The notes under the pieces were generated by a model. It was not told the origin of the DNA, did no database searches, and worked only from the letters and a program-made list of their open reading frames with translations. Below are positions 37,060-45,837 of a DNA stretch of 64,000 bases, piece by piece. The translations under genes were made by a program, and so were the position numbers. The stretch is taken from UHGV virus genome UHGV-0134778. The stretch is one strand, 5' to 3'. How positions within the stretch are numbered: position 1 is the first letter of the stretch; every line of letters starts with the position of its first letter. Origin of the DNA: a virus.

Positions 37060-37340
37060 AAAGGACGGCAGGCACCGGTGACGGGGGAGACAACCACCGG
37101 GGATAGGCGCTGCATAAAATGAGAACGGTTATCATTATCATTTAAAAATTTATGCAAAAAATCCTTGCTTTCTTTGTCCTGTGTGATACTATAATAACAA
37201 GCCGGGGCAACAGGGGCCGGGAGACAATCACCGGGGGTGCCCGTTATTCTGCAAACGAGAATGATTATCATTCAAAATTCTAAATGAGAACTCCTCGCAT
37301 TTAATAAATTTAATTAGCATGCTAATTACCCTCCGTAACA
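37060..37340. repeat. two tandem copies of an approximately 135-bp repeat unit
   Basis: GGGAGACAACCACCGGGG...GAGAACGGTTATCATT (37084-) vs GGGAGACAATCACCGGGG...GAGAATGATTATCATT (37219-). Confidence 0.65.
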
Positions 37341-37399
37341 ATTTCCTATAAAACAATATCTCATAAAATATTCCCATATATAAATTTTAAAAATCCATT

Positions 37400-37569
37400 T
37401 CTGAAAACGAAAAATCGATTTCGTCCCCAAAAATTTTAGGTCGAGCGCCGGAACGATTTCCAGAAAATCTGATTCAGAAAACGAAAAACAGATCGAGTAC
37501 TAAGAAATTTATCGAGAAAAATTTTCAGAAAATCAGGTATTTGAAATGAAAAACAGATCGAGTACCGAG
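37400..37569. repeat. three iteron-like direct repeats GAAAACGAAAAAC(A)GATCGAGTAC
   Basis: Copies at about 37400, 37475 and 37543 in an A-rich tract. Confidence 0.6.
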
Positions 37570-37879
37570 AGAGATGTGCCGAAACTTTCTGATAGGTAAT
37601 GGACTTATTGTTATAAAAGGTCAGAGGTAAGCTGGGAAAGTTCTGGTAGAAGGGTGAGAGTATGTGCGGAAAATCTGGAATAGTGACTTAAAGTACGGTG
37701 CGAACGATAGAATGAGCAGCACAGCTTATCGTGCCTGTCTTGAAAAAATCCATTTTAGTTTTCGATCCATTTTCTGATTTTCTAAGAATTTTAAAATATC
37801 CGGCCAGGTGAAATATCAAAAGGAGGAAATCCATTTTAGAAATCCTCCTTATGTTTGATGTGCCAGGGATTTTCAAGTA

Positions 37880-38209
37880 TCAACTATCTTTGTTTTTAGG
37901 CTTGTACATGCGTAGAGGTATAGTCTTTGTAACATTCCATCTCCCCAACCCTTCCCAGTTCCAATTGTGAGCGTGATACCCGGTTATGCATGCACTGCTG
38001 GCGTGATCATAAGCATAAGAGAACGCTATGCGAACCAGGTGGGGCCAGTCTTTCCACGGCTGTGGCCCGTAAGCCTTTCTCCAACACCGACACAAACTAA
38101 ATGTCTCAAGAATAGGCAGGATAACAAATCCATACACCACCACCAAGATGATCAGCGCAATGATTGTCAGGAATACATACCCTGCAGTTGAAATAATGAT
38201 CTCTGTCAT
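37880..38209 (-). CDS. hypothetical membrane protein (109 aa)
   Basis: N-terminal helix YVFLTIIALIILVVVYGFVILPI. Confidence 0.5.
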   Translation of the reverse strand: MTEIIISTAGYVFLTIIALIILVVVYGFVILPILETFSLCRCWRKAYGPQPWKDWPHLVRIAFSYAYDHASSACITGYHAHNWNWEGLGRWNVTKTIPLRMYKPKNKDS

Positions 38210-38409
38210 TTGTCATCCCCTTTCTTACGGATATAGATGTGAGAGCCTGCTTGTACATAAATTTCCCGACCATCTTCTGCAAAGATGTGGAATACACGGT
38301 CGCCTTCGTATTCAATACGGGATATCTTCATAACGGTCTTCCCACCCGGGATGCGGATCTCATCACCAACAGCAATGTTCCATGCAGATTTAAGCTTAAA
38401 CATCTGCAC
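38206..38409 (-). CDS. hypothetical protein (67 aa)
   Basis: ATGA overlap. Confidence 0.5.
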   Translation of the reverse strand: MQMFKLKSAWNIAVGDEIRIPGGKTVMKISRIEYEGDRVFHIFAEDGREIYVQAGSHIYIRKKGDDK

Positions 38410-38641
38410 CCTCCTTTGGGAGCTCTAACTCTGGCATAGCCATATACGCCACAACAGGGTTGTAATCAAAGTAGAAATGACCGTTAATTATCCCAGTTTT
38501 GTGGGCATAGTCACCAGATCCCGCAAGAACAATTTCGCAAACTCCGAAATCCACCTTGCCACTCTCATCTGCCATGGCTACAATATACTTTCCTAGAGGC
38601 ATGTTTTTAACGCCGTCTACAAATGTCCACCCTTTGTTCAT
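38396..38641 (-). CDS. hypothetical protein (81 aa)
   Basis: Co-oriented ORF. Confidence 0.5.
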   Translation of the reverse strand: MNKGWTFVDGVKNMPLGKYIVAMADESGKVDFGVCEIVLAGSGDYAHKTGIINGHFYFDYNPVVAYMAMPELELPKEGADV

Positions 38642-38661
38642 ACTTTATCTCCTGCACTTTC

Positions 38662-38994
38662 TTAAGGTAACCAGTAAACAATCTCGCCCTTCAGCTTCAT
38701 GTCGTTTCCAACATAGATTTCCCAGCCATCCATCTTAGCAACTGTAGGCCCAAAGTCATCCGCACCCCTTACCTCTTTCCAGGCTCCGTAGTCAGGTTGC
38801 CAGATATAGAATCCACCTTCTTTGTCCCATGCTCCGTACACTACGTTTAACAGGTTTCCCATTGCAACAATGGTGGGCCGTGGGAATAATACATCTACAG
38901 ATGCGCCACAATTTCGGGTATCTTTTAAGTTGCAATCCCAAAAGATGTCTGCCAGTGTGGCGGCGATAGCTTTACGTCTTTCTAATGTTACCAT
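38662..38994 (-). CDS. hypothetical protein (110 aa)
   Basis: Co-oriented ORF. Confidence 0.5.
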   Translation of the reverse strand: MVTLERRKAIAATLADIFWDCNLKDTRNCGASVDVLFPRPTIVAMGNLLNVVYGAWDKEGGFYIWQPDYGAWKEVRGADDFGPTVAKMDGWEIYVGNDMKLKGEIVYWLP

Positions 38995-39004
38995 AGCACA
39001 ATAC

Positions 39005-39196
39005 TCACTTGTTGTTAAGAAGTTCTAATGCTTTCTGTTTTACTTTATCAAGATCTGTTGATTCAAAAACTGTGCGATATCCCCAACTTTGCCCATAGGA
39101 GTAACTGCAATCTCCGTAACACCATTGCTCAATTTGATAGTATTCAAGGAATGGGTGCTGTCTAACTATGATACCGTCTCGATTAAAAATTACCAT
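39005..39196 (-). CDS. hypothetical protein (63 aa)
   Basis: Co-oriented ORF. Confidence 0.45.
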   Translation of the reverse strand: MVIFNRDGIIVRQHPFLEYYQIEQWCYGDCSYSYGQSWGYRTVFESTDLDKVKQKALELLNNK

Positions 39197-39259
39197 AATG
39201 TATCCCTCTCTGCTGGTTTATGTTTGTATTATACACCGCAGTTTTCAGATGTCAATCTT

Positions 39260-39511
39260 TTACAGGTTACTCCAGTATAATCGGCATTTACATTTTGGGC
39301 AATGAGGTTCTTTTATGTAATAGCCGTCAGTCTTTGGAACACTTTTTGGTGCAGTTTTAAGATTGTACCGAGTAAAACACCGGAAGCATGTTACCTCTCC
39401 GACCTGTTGATCGTTGATCCACTCACCAGAGTAAAGCTCTTTCTTGTTTCTCATAATTATCTCTCCAATCCTCTGCAATCTTCTACCAGAATCTCCAGCC
39501 AGAAAGCACAC
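39260..39511 (-). CDS. hypothetical Cys-rich protein, possible zinc finger (83 aa)
   Basis: CFRC...CPKCKC cysteine pairs. Confidence 0.45.
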   Translation of the reverse strand: MCFLAGDSGRRLQRIGEIIMRNKKELYSGEWINDQQVGEVTCFRCFTRYNLKTAPKSVPKTDGYYIKEPHCPKCKCRLYWSNL

Positions 39512-39705
39512 GGGAACACTTTGAGGATTGAATCTTTACTCGGTTCGGAAGTTCTTTTTCCATAGGGCAGGTAGAAATACCCTCCTGCAGATTCAAACAT
39601 GGCTCCTTCTGTTGTATCTATCACAGCTAGAATTAAGATTTTAGTCTCCATAGTGTTCCCCTGTCTTAGTCATTGTGGTGACTATACCACCTCAAACTCC
39701 GGCTG

Positions 39706-40164
39706 TCAACACTCTTTGTACTCCACCACGATAATATCTATATCAAAAGTGGCAAGGTTAATAACGTCCTCCACGTGTCCCCACTTCAAGCCGCCTATGC
39801 CGCACCCAATCTTAGGTATGTAGAATGGTAAAGTCGATCTCTTGAATATCTCATTTACTCGCTCAAAGCCTTTCAGAATTGAGAAATACTCAGCATTAGG
39901 TCCTGGGTAGAACTGAGTGTATAGATTGATTCCGTATACAATACCTTTCGGAGATAAGTGCTCCCACCGAGAGAACGCTCCTAGCTTACTTAGGCAACCG
40001 TAGGTAGTCGTTTTGTCAGCCGCCAATGCTTGAGGGAACTCACGGGAAATTTGTTTTGCTACACCCTTACCCATTGTGTGGAAGCAGTTACAACCGTGGA
40101 TCAGGTGACCAGCACCGCTCTTAAAAAGGGAGATTAGATCTCCCTCTACAGTATCAATAATCAC
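39706..40164 (-). CDS. macro-domain (ADP-ribose-binding/processing)-like protein (about 152 aa)
   Basis: Macro-like motifs GDLISLF, HGCNCFHTMGKGVAKQI, IPKIGCGIGGLKW; likely GTG start at 40164 with GAGGAG RBS (track ORF extends to 40263). Confidence 0.45.
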   Translation of the reverse strand: MIIDTVEGDLISLFKSGAGHLIHGCNCFHTMGKGVAKQISREFPQALAADKTTTYGCLSKLGAFSRWEHLSPKGIVYGINLYTQFYPGPNAEYFSILKGFERVNEIFKRSTLPFYIPKIGCGIGGLKWGHVEDVINLATFDIDIIVVEYKEC

Positions 40165-40579
40165 GATATGCCAGCTCCTCTTCCACAATTTCAAAAAACT
40201 CAGTCCAGCACTGTGGCATATTAGAGTTACCGAAGTGGCTTTCATAGTAAAGGTTCTCACCACTCGGAAGATAGAAATCTGTTACCTCGTAGAATCCACA
40301 ATCGTCGCACTCACCTTCTTCAAACTTGGCCTCAACCTTAATACCGAGGAAGGTGAAAAGTTTATGAATATCTTCAGTTTCGAACTCCCAGTGAATGTTG
40401 TTTTCCGCATCGGTGTAGAACTGGATCAGCAGACCATTGTCCAGTTTACCAAAATACTCTGTGAAGTAACTCCCTTCCCAGAAATCTTTATGACAAATAA
40501 TATCCATGCGTTTGCCCATAATAATGGTGTGAGCGTTTTGGGCATCGTCACGAATCAGTTTTGGCATTTCATAGATCAT
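40154..40579 (-). CDS. hypothetical acidic protein (141 aa)
   Basis: GGAGAACTAAG RBS before ATG at 40579. Confidence 0.55.
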   Translation of the reverse strand: MIYEMPKLIRDDAQNAHTIIMGKRMDIICHKDFWEGSYFTEYFGKLDNGLLIQFYTDAENNIHWEFETEDIHKLFTFLGIKVEAKFEEGECDDCGFYEVTDFYLPSGENLYYESHFGNSNMPQCWTEFFEIVEEELAYRDY

Positions 40580-40647
40580 CTTAGTTCTCCGGGTTCAACA
40601 GGTGGTGGCGCTATAGGAAGATCATAAAACATGGCGATCACATTCTC

Positions 40648-40845
40648 TTACGCAGGAATTGCTTCAAACAGGCCGTTATCGATACCATCCTTCAAGTAAA
40701 GATTATACTCTATGTCAGTATCTGTGTAAAGGGCAGCATCTAGCATTCTATCTGTGAGTCCATCCATTGGGTGGAGAAACCACCACCCACGCCAGTCAAA
40801 GTAACAACCTGGTGCATCTTCTCTCACACGGATTCGATAAATCAT
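40648..40845 (-). CDS. hypothetical protein (65 aa)
   Basis: Co-oriented ORF. Confidence 0.45.
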   Translation of the reverse strand: MIYRIRVREDAPGCYFDWRGWWFLHPMDGLTDRMLDAALYTDTDIEYNLYLKDGIDNGLFEAIPA

Positions 40846-40941
40846 GGGCAGTGGCCTCCTGTTAGTTACACATCCCAGTTTTCTTCGTTCATCACATCCT
40901 CCAGCTCTACAAGGTTATAATTGCACACCTTCCAACCAGTG

Positions 40942-41358
40942 TCAACAGAAAACTTCAACAAATTCTTCCACAGTTTTAATGTCGTGGGAAAAAGGTTTGC
41001 GGCTATAACGGGCAATAGCACTGTCAACCACCTCCCGGTACTCCAAATCTCCAGAATATTTCATGAAGCATTGCAGAGTCTCCGGACAGATAGCCAGATA
41101 GCTCCACCACCCCTCTTCGGATTGGTAGTCAAATCCCATGCTCTCCAGCCACGAAGCGTATACACCTGCACCTTCCAGCCAGTGAGTATTTTCATCAAGG
41201 AACTTGTTAACAGTCATGTGAGCTTCTAAGCATTTATCCAGCTCTTTTCCGTTAACCAGCCACGCACTGACAGTGGCACATCCAAGGTCCACAGATTGAG
41301 TTGATAAATTGTATTGATCATAGTTCTCAGGTTTAACAATGATATCTTCTAATGTCAT
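40942..41358 (-). CDS. hypothetical protein (138 aa)
   Basis: AAAGAGG RBS directly after terminator. Confidence 0.55.
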   Translation of the reverse strand: MTLEDIIVKPENYDQYNLSTQSVDLGCATVSAWLVNGKELDKCLEAHMTVNKFLDENTHWLEGAGVYASWLESMGFDYQSEEGWWSYLAICPETLQCFMKYSGDLEYREVVDSAIARYSRKPFSHDIKTVEEFVEVFC

Positions 41359-41371
41359 TTTTCAGGCCTCT

Positions 41372-41405
41372 TTATACAAAAATGCCCCACCCTTTCGGGC
41401 AGGGC
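41372..41405 (-). terminator. intrinsic terminator after SSB-like gene
   Basis: Minus strand GCCCTGCC-CGAAAG-GGTGGGGC hairpin followed by ATTTTTGTAT; identical hairpin at 51530-51551. Confidence 0.6.
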
Positions 41406-41420
41406 TATGTTAACTAGATG

Positions 41421-42647
41421 TTAAAAAGGGATGTCATCATCAAAGGTGTACTGTGCCGGATTCTGATCCATCGGGTCGTCTTCCCCATCATCTACAGGAG
41501 GAGCGTCTACAGTGTTTTGCTGTGGAGAGGCTTCCTGTTTGGCAGCTTGAGGTTCTTGATGGTCAGTGGTCCCAGCACCGTTCTTGATCCAATCATACAA
41601 CGGTTCAGCAAGATTAGTCAAGACATCTTTTGCCTCTGCAGTAATTGCTACTGCAAAATCATCAACTTTCGTTTTCTTGTCAATACGGCGACAAGCGTTC
41701 AATACCGCATTACCAACACTGGCACCTACTTCATCTTCAGTTCGGTTGGTGGCTTGAGCGTACTCTTTCTTAAGCTCGATGGTGACCACGTGCAGTGTTT
41801 TAGCCACATCTAAAGGGCTGTCAATCTTAAACCCGCGATCCAGGATGATCTGCAATGCATTGATACTGTGCCCTGTCTCTACACCGATGGGGTCGTAAGA
41901 GGATTTACGCTTACCACCAGAACCTTGTGTACCGTTCTCTGCTTTAGGCGGGTAGGCCTTGAAGCCGCTGATAATATTCCCGGTATCTTTGTCAACAATA
42001 GCCGCAACACGACCGCCAACCACCAGGTCTTTAAGCTGCTCATCGGAGACAACCATAGCACCTTCGCCAATCTTGTGGTCATTGACAGTAACCACGTTAC
42101 CAACAATCTGAGTCACATCACCATAGATGCGTAAAACGTCCTGATTGGCATTCTGCTGAGGTTTCTGCTTCTGGCCTTGTGATTGTGTGCCTTGTTGCTG
42201 TTTTTGTTGCTGTGGAGCTGCTGGAGCCTCTCCTGCCCCCAGCTTAACCATTTTAGCCAATGAGCCTTTGTAGTAGGTCTTACCGTTATGCTCATTTGCC
42301 TTTAAAGGGATATTTACGATCCATCCTGGCGTTACTGTTTCCCACTTGTCATCAATTTTAACAGAGACGGAATCTTGATGACCTGGTTTGAGCAATTTAT
42401 CACCCATGCTGATCCAAACTTCTTCACCACCTTGGAGTAGGTTATCAGAAGAATCCAGCTCAGAAATCAGTAAAGAGATGGTGTGGCTGGACTCAATTTT
42501 CTTACCTTGCCACACAGTGGTTTTAATACCTGTTGTGGGATCAGCACCTTTGATTGGCTTGATGCTGACACGTTTAATCATACCGTGAGCCAGTAAAACA
42601 GTTTCACGAGGATTCATCGGGTTGGCAAATTGTTGAATAACGCTCAT
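41421..42647 (-). CDS. putative single-stranded DNA-binding protein with SSB-type acidic C-terminal tail (about 408 aa)
   Basis: C-terminus ends DDDIPF (bacterial SSB tip); Q-rich linker; start set at ATG 42647 (GGAGACAAAT RBS); track's 457-aa N-terminus overlaps the upstream gene. Confidence 0.45.
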   Translation of the reverse strand: MSVIQQFANPMNPRETVLLAHGMIKRVSIKPIKGADPTTGIKTTVWQGKKIESSHTISLLISELDSSDNLLQGGEEVWISMGDKLLKPGHQDSVSVKIDDKWETVTPGWIVNIPLKANEHNGKTYYKGSLAKMVKLGAGEAPAAPQQQKQQQGTQSQGQKQKPQQNANQDVLRIYGDVTQIVGNVVTVNDHKIGEGAMVVSDEQLKDLVVGGRVAAIVDKDTGNIISGFKAYPPKAENGTQGSGGKRKSSYDPIGVETGHSINALQIILDRGFKIDSPLDVAKTLHVVTIELKKEYAQATNRTEDEVGASVGNAVLNACRRIDKKTKVDDFAVAITAEAKDVLTNLAEPLYDWIKNGAGTTDHQEPQAAKQEASPQQNTVDAPPVDDGEDDPMDQNPAQYTFDDDIPF

Positions 42648-43057
42648 TATTTGTCTCCTTGTTCTTCGTTGGTGTTTGCTGTGTGTGCAAACCCTGCTTG
42701 AATTAATTTGTCCTGCACTTGAGCCAACAGGCCCATTGCAAAACTTGTCGTCCCAGAAAGGGCCATTAGCATATCTCGTTGCTGAGCTACCCAACCTAAG
42801 GCATAATCCAAACGACGATATTTTTCTTCTTCGCGCAGAGCCTGGAATAACTGTTCAGCCTCTGGTTGTTGTGTGAGCTCCTGAAGTCTCCCCATGAAAG
42901 AAGAAAGTACCAGCAGAAGAGACACTTGATCTTTGCTTAACCCTAAGAAAAATTCTTGAGGTTGTTCTTGCTCGTTCATCGCAACCGACGTTTGATCGTT
43001 CATTTGTTCCATTGTGGAATCTCCGATTTTATTTGAACAACATAAAGGAGACACCAT
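42647..43057 (-). CDS. hypothetical protein (136 aa)
   Basis: Stop overlaps SSB-like start. Confidence 0.55.
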   Translation of the reverse strand: MVSPLCCSNKIGDSTMEQMNDQTSVAMNEQEQPQEFFLGLSKDQVSLLLVLSSFMGRLQELTQQPEAEQLFQALREEEKYRRLDYALGWVAQQRDMLMALSGTTSFAMGLLAQVQDKLIQAGFAHTANTNEEQGDK

Positions 43058-43094
43058 TTTAGCATCTCCTTCTGTAAATTACAACAGGTATTTG

Positions 43095-43340
43095 TTAGCC
43101 AATTACTTCGAAAGTACCCCAACTCCCGTTCAGCAGGCAGGTGATCGGATCACCATCATCGTCAATTATTTCAAAGTTTTCAACATCCAGAATATGGTCA
43201 TCGAACACAATACTTTCGTCACCACCACCAGAAACAACAGTGTATTCCTTACCTTGAGTCAAGTTTTGACACCCTTTGCCACCAAAACCTACTTCAACAC
43301 AACGTACTTTCTGTCCTGCGCGAGCAACTACTTCAGCCAT
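43095..43340 (-). CDS. hypothetical acidic protein (81 aa)
   Basis: Co-oriented ORF. Confidence 0.5.
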   Translation of the reverse strand: MAEVVARAGQKVRCVEVGFGGKGCQNLTQGKEYTVVSGGGDESIVFDDHILDVENFEIIDDDGDPITCLLNGSWGTFEVIG

Positions 43341-43357
43341 CTTAAGGTCTCCTGATA

Positions 43358-43678
43358 TTAATCGTCAAGTTCAAAATAGATTTTAACAGCTTCATCAAAG
43401 ATTGGAATCCCGATGTTGTTGATAAGCTGCCAAACTACCATATCTTTTCCTGGATCTGGGAGAATGTCAACCTTTCTCCATGCGCTGTATATCCAGTTCG
43501 GACCGCCTTCTGCACTAACTGGTAGATTTTCACCAGCTTCCTGTAGATACTTATACAGCAAAAGATATTCTGGGTACTCTAGAACACTATCTTCTGTAGT
43601 ATACAGCAGTTCACGGTATACTTTCAAGAATCCTGTTGGGTTGATGTTTTCAGTCTTCATTTGCTGCTTCTCCTGCAT
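43358..43678 (-). CDS. hypothetical protein (106 aa)
   Basis: Co-oriented ORF. Confidence 0.5.
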   Translation of the reverse strand: MQEKQQMKTENINPTGFLKVYRELLYTTEDSVLEYPEYLLLYKYLQEAGENLPVSAEGGPNWIYSAWRKVDILPDPGKDMVVWQLINNIGIPIFDEAVKIYFELDD

Positions 43679-44069
43679 TCATCAGATCTGCCATAGCGTC
43701 ACCAACGAAGAGGACAACCACGTCGTTGACAGCGTCAGCATCATCTTTATTGATGTTGCTGAATTTGGGGCACACTGCAATGACCATATAGACCCCGTTG
43801 CCCAACTGAACAGTGCGTGTAGTGCACATCAGTGTGGTGCTTGTGCCTTCTTTAAAGGCAAATCCTTGCAGACGTTCTTCCAGAGAGTCACCTGTTGATT
43901 TCAACAAGGCAAGATCTCCCAATGCGTAGGTAGTGTCCTCATAGGTAAGTCCAGAGGTCAATGTTACCTTTCCATCAGAGACTATAATAACTCCATCGGC
44001 ACCGTCAAGCTCAGAGGCTTCAAAGATATTAATATCCCAAATGTTTTTCATCACGCGCTTCCTCGTCAT
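43650..44069 (-). CDS. hypothetical protein (139 aa)
   Basis: Co-oriented ORF; start may be internal. Confidence 0.5.
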   Translation of the reverse strand: MTRKRVMKNIWDINIFEASELDGADGVIIVSDGKVTLTSGLTYEDTTYALGDLALLKSTGDSLEERLQGFAFKEGTSTTLMCTTRTVQLGNGVYMVIAVCPKFSNINKDDADAVNDVVVLFVGDAMADLMNAGEAANED

Positions 44070-44313
44070 CTAATGAGTTGAAGATTTCACCGAAGTATTC
44101 TAAGACTTCCAGCTCACGGGTGGTGCAGAAAACACAGTCCCCGTTGTCATCTTCGATAACGGCCTCTTTGCCAAGAACATCCACTTCAAATTCATCGTTT
44201 AACAGAACGGAACCTGTGTAAACTTTATCTGCCGTGCAGTCCCGAAAAGCAGAGTCCTTCTCCAAGTAGTCTGGCTTAACCTTGGCTTTAATTCGTTGAT
44301 ATTGTTTGGTCAT
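44029..44313 (-). CDS. hypothetical protein, paralog of 44377..44631 (track ORF 44029..44373 trimmed)
   Basis: Shared VKPDYLEKDSAFRDCTADKVY / LKPECVANDRAFKDCTIGTVY motif; ATG 44313 with AAAGGGGA RBS. Confidence 0.55.
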   Translation of the reverse strand: MTKQYQRIKAKVKPDYLEKDSAFRDCTADKVYTGSVLLNDEFEVDVLGKEAVIEDDNGDCVFCTTRELEVLEYFGEIFNSLDDEEARDEKHLGY

Positions 44314-44344
44314 TGCTGTGGTCCCCTTTCGTTTTGATAGGGCC

Positions 44345-44373
44345 ATCATATTAGGCCCTATCGCTGTTGTCAA
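44345..44373 (-). promoter_or_regulatory. sigma70-like promoter (minus strand)
   Basis: Minus strand TTGACA (plus 44368-44373), 17-nt spacer, TATGAT. Confidence 0.5.
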
Positions 44374-44376
44374 GTA

Positions 44377-44631
44377 TTAATGCTCAGGTTTTACAAAAAC
44401 TACTTCGTTAACAGTGCACCAGACAGAATCTCCTTCATCATCTTTAAAGGTAAGACACTGGGCTGAGTTTTCCAGCTCATCAAGTTCTTCTTGTGATAAA
44501 TAGGTCCCTTCTTCCAGAAGGGCTTTTACCAGAGGGTTCTCACAAAACTCTGCTTCATAAACTGTACCGATTGTGCAATCTTTAAAAGCTCGGTCATTTG
44601 CAACGCATTCTGGCTTCAAAGTAATTTTCAT
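44377..44631 (-). CDS. hypothetical protein (84 aa), paralog of 44029..44313
   Basis: See paralog motif. Confidence 0.55.
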   Translation of the reverse strand: MKITLKPECVANDRAFKDCTIGTVYEAEFCENPLVKALLEEGTYLSQEELDELENSAQCLTFKDDEGDSVWCTVNEVVFVKPEH

Positions 44632-44681
44632 CTTGGCGGTCTCCTTAATTATTTAAAATCAACGCTCTGTCTGTGTGGGGT

Positions 44682-44710
44682 ATCTTACATCTACCCCAAC
44701 TTGTTGTCAA
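44682..44710 (-). promoter_or_regulatory. sigma70-like promoter (minus strand)
   Basis: Minus strand TTGACA (plus 44705-44710), 17-nt spacer, TAAGAT. Confidence 0.5.
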
Positions 44711-45105
44711 CGACTATTTTCAATCATCCACCAAGGATCGAGATAAGTTTGTTGACTTTTTGCCCACTGGCAAACTTCATTGTACATCTGGATCTCTTTG
44801 TCCGTCAGTTCACGAATAGGCTCATCTATACCCTCATTTTTGTGGTAATCCCAGTCGGCATCGATTTCCCACAACCATGACTTACGATCTTCACGCTTAC
44901 GCACACAGAAGTCCCCAGGACGGCCTGCCAGTGCATTTAAGAACTCGTTCTCCGCTCTCTCCTGGAGAATACTGAGGAGCAAAACGTTGGAGCACGACCG
45001 TAAGATATGCTTCAGCTCACAATCATCGATCTCAACTTCAATACGTTGCTTGACTGTGTGGGTACCTTTTACTAACATTCTACCTCCTCTAGACGAACTC
45101 TGCAA
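44707..45105 (-). CDS. hypothetical protein (132 aa)
   Basis: Co-oriented ORF. Confidence 0.55.
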   Translation of the reverse strand: MQSSSRGGRMLVKGTHTVKQRIEVEIDDCELKHILRSCSNVLLLSILQERAENEFLNALAGRPGDFCVRKREDRKSWLWEIDADWDYHKNEGIDEPIRELTDKEIQMYNEVCQWAKSQQTYLDPWWMIENSR

Positions 45106-45283
45106 GGGTTGTGTTGTTCACTGCACCGCAGTAGATGGAGTATCCCAACCCGTTAGGGTGTAGAAACCACGGCACACCTTGATCATCCTTCACGTATACA
45201 TCTCCATTTTCCGTAAAGGGCCAATACTCTTCTCCAAGGGTAAAATACCTACTCATACCTTCAGCCAGATACTTTACTTTCAT
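45089..45283 (-). CDS. hypothetical small protein, paralog family with 45280 and 45504
   Basis: Shared pattern G..Y.V...DD.G..W(F/Y). Confidence 0.5.
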   Translation of the reverse strand: MKVKYLAEGMSRYFTLGEEYWPFTENGDVYVKDDQGVPWFLHPNGLGYSIYCGAVNNTTLAEFV

Positions 45284-45507
45284 AGATCCTCTTCAACAGC
45301 TACAAACTTGGCAAGTAGGGTGGTTCCATAGATATGATACTCACCGTTTGCCAGATGGGAGATATACCAGGAGATACCGTCCTCGTCTTCGATCATATTG
45401 TTTCTGCGATCCTTATCGTAATACACCTTGTAGGTCTTTCCTTCTTTAAAGAATGACAAGCCTGTCATCTTTTCTTCTACAAACGTAGCTTTAACCAAAG
45501 TTGTCAT
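45280..45507 (-). CDS. hypothetical small protein, paralog
   Basis: KVYYDKDRRNNMIEDEDGISWYISH. Confidence 0.5.
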   Translation of the reverse strand: MTTLVKATFVEEKMTGLSFFKEGKTYKVYYDKDRRNNMIEDEDGISWYISHLANGEYHIYGTTLLAKFVAVEEDL

Positions 45508-45788
45508 TGATCTGCCTCCTTCTTGTTGAGCCGGAACACTGCAATAATGACATTTCCAAGATGCAGTGTCAAATCATTTCCCAGATACCACAGCATCCCA
45601 CGGTCATCTTTAATGAAAGGGTAACAATCTGGTGCCTTCCAGACATTGTACACTTTCCCAACCTGAAAGAAATCAGGCCCTGTTGGGATTTTGGTGCCAG
45701 GCCACACTTGAGATACCTGAACACACTCCACCTGCATAATAACAGGAATAGTCATGGATGTAAATGTTTTTGTCGGTTCTACTACCAT
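45504..45788 (-). CDS. hypothetical small protein, paralog (track ORF 45504..45878 trimmed)
   Basis: ATG at 45788 with GAGAGGAG RBS; avoids overlap with polymerase 3' end. Confidence 0.5.
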   Translation of the reverse strand: MVVEPTKTFTSMTIPVIMQVECVQVSQVWPGTKIPTGPDFFQVGKVYNVWKAPDCYPFIKDDRGMLWYLGNDLTLHLGNVIIAVFRLNKKEADQ

Positions 45789-45837
45789 AAAAGTCTCCTC
45801 TCTGTCTAACAACACTTCCGTGTGTTGATAGTTTACA

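Noticed and set aside
36767-37271. Track ORFs 36767..37000 (+) and 36942..37271 (-)
   Set aside because: They fall in the tandem-repeat, low-complexity region, lack an RBS and have atypical composition; likely spurious.
41421-42794. 457-aa N-terminally extended SSB-like ORF from the track
   Set aside because: The first about 49 codons overlap the upstream gene 42647..43057 and lack an RBS; an ATG at 42647 with an RBS and stop/start overlap gives a better model.
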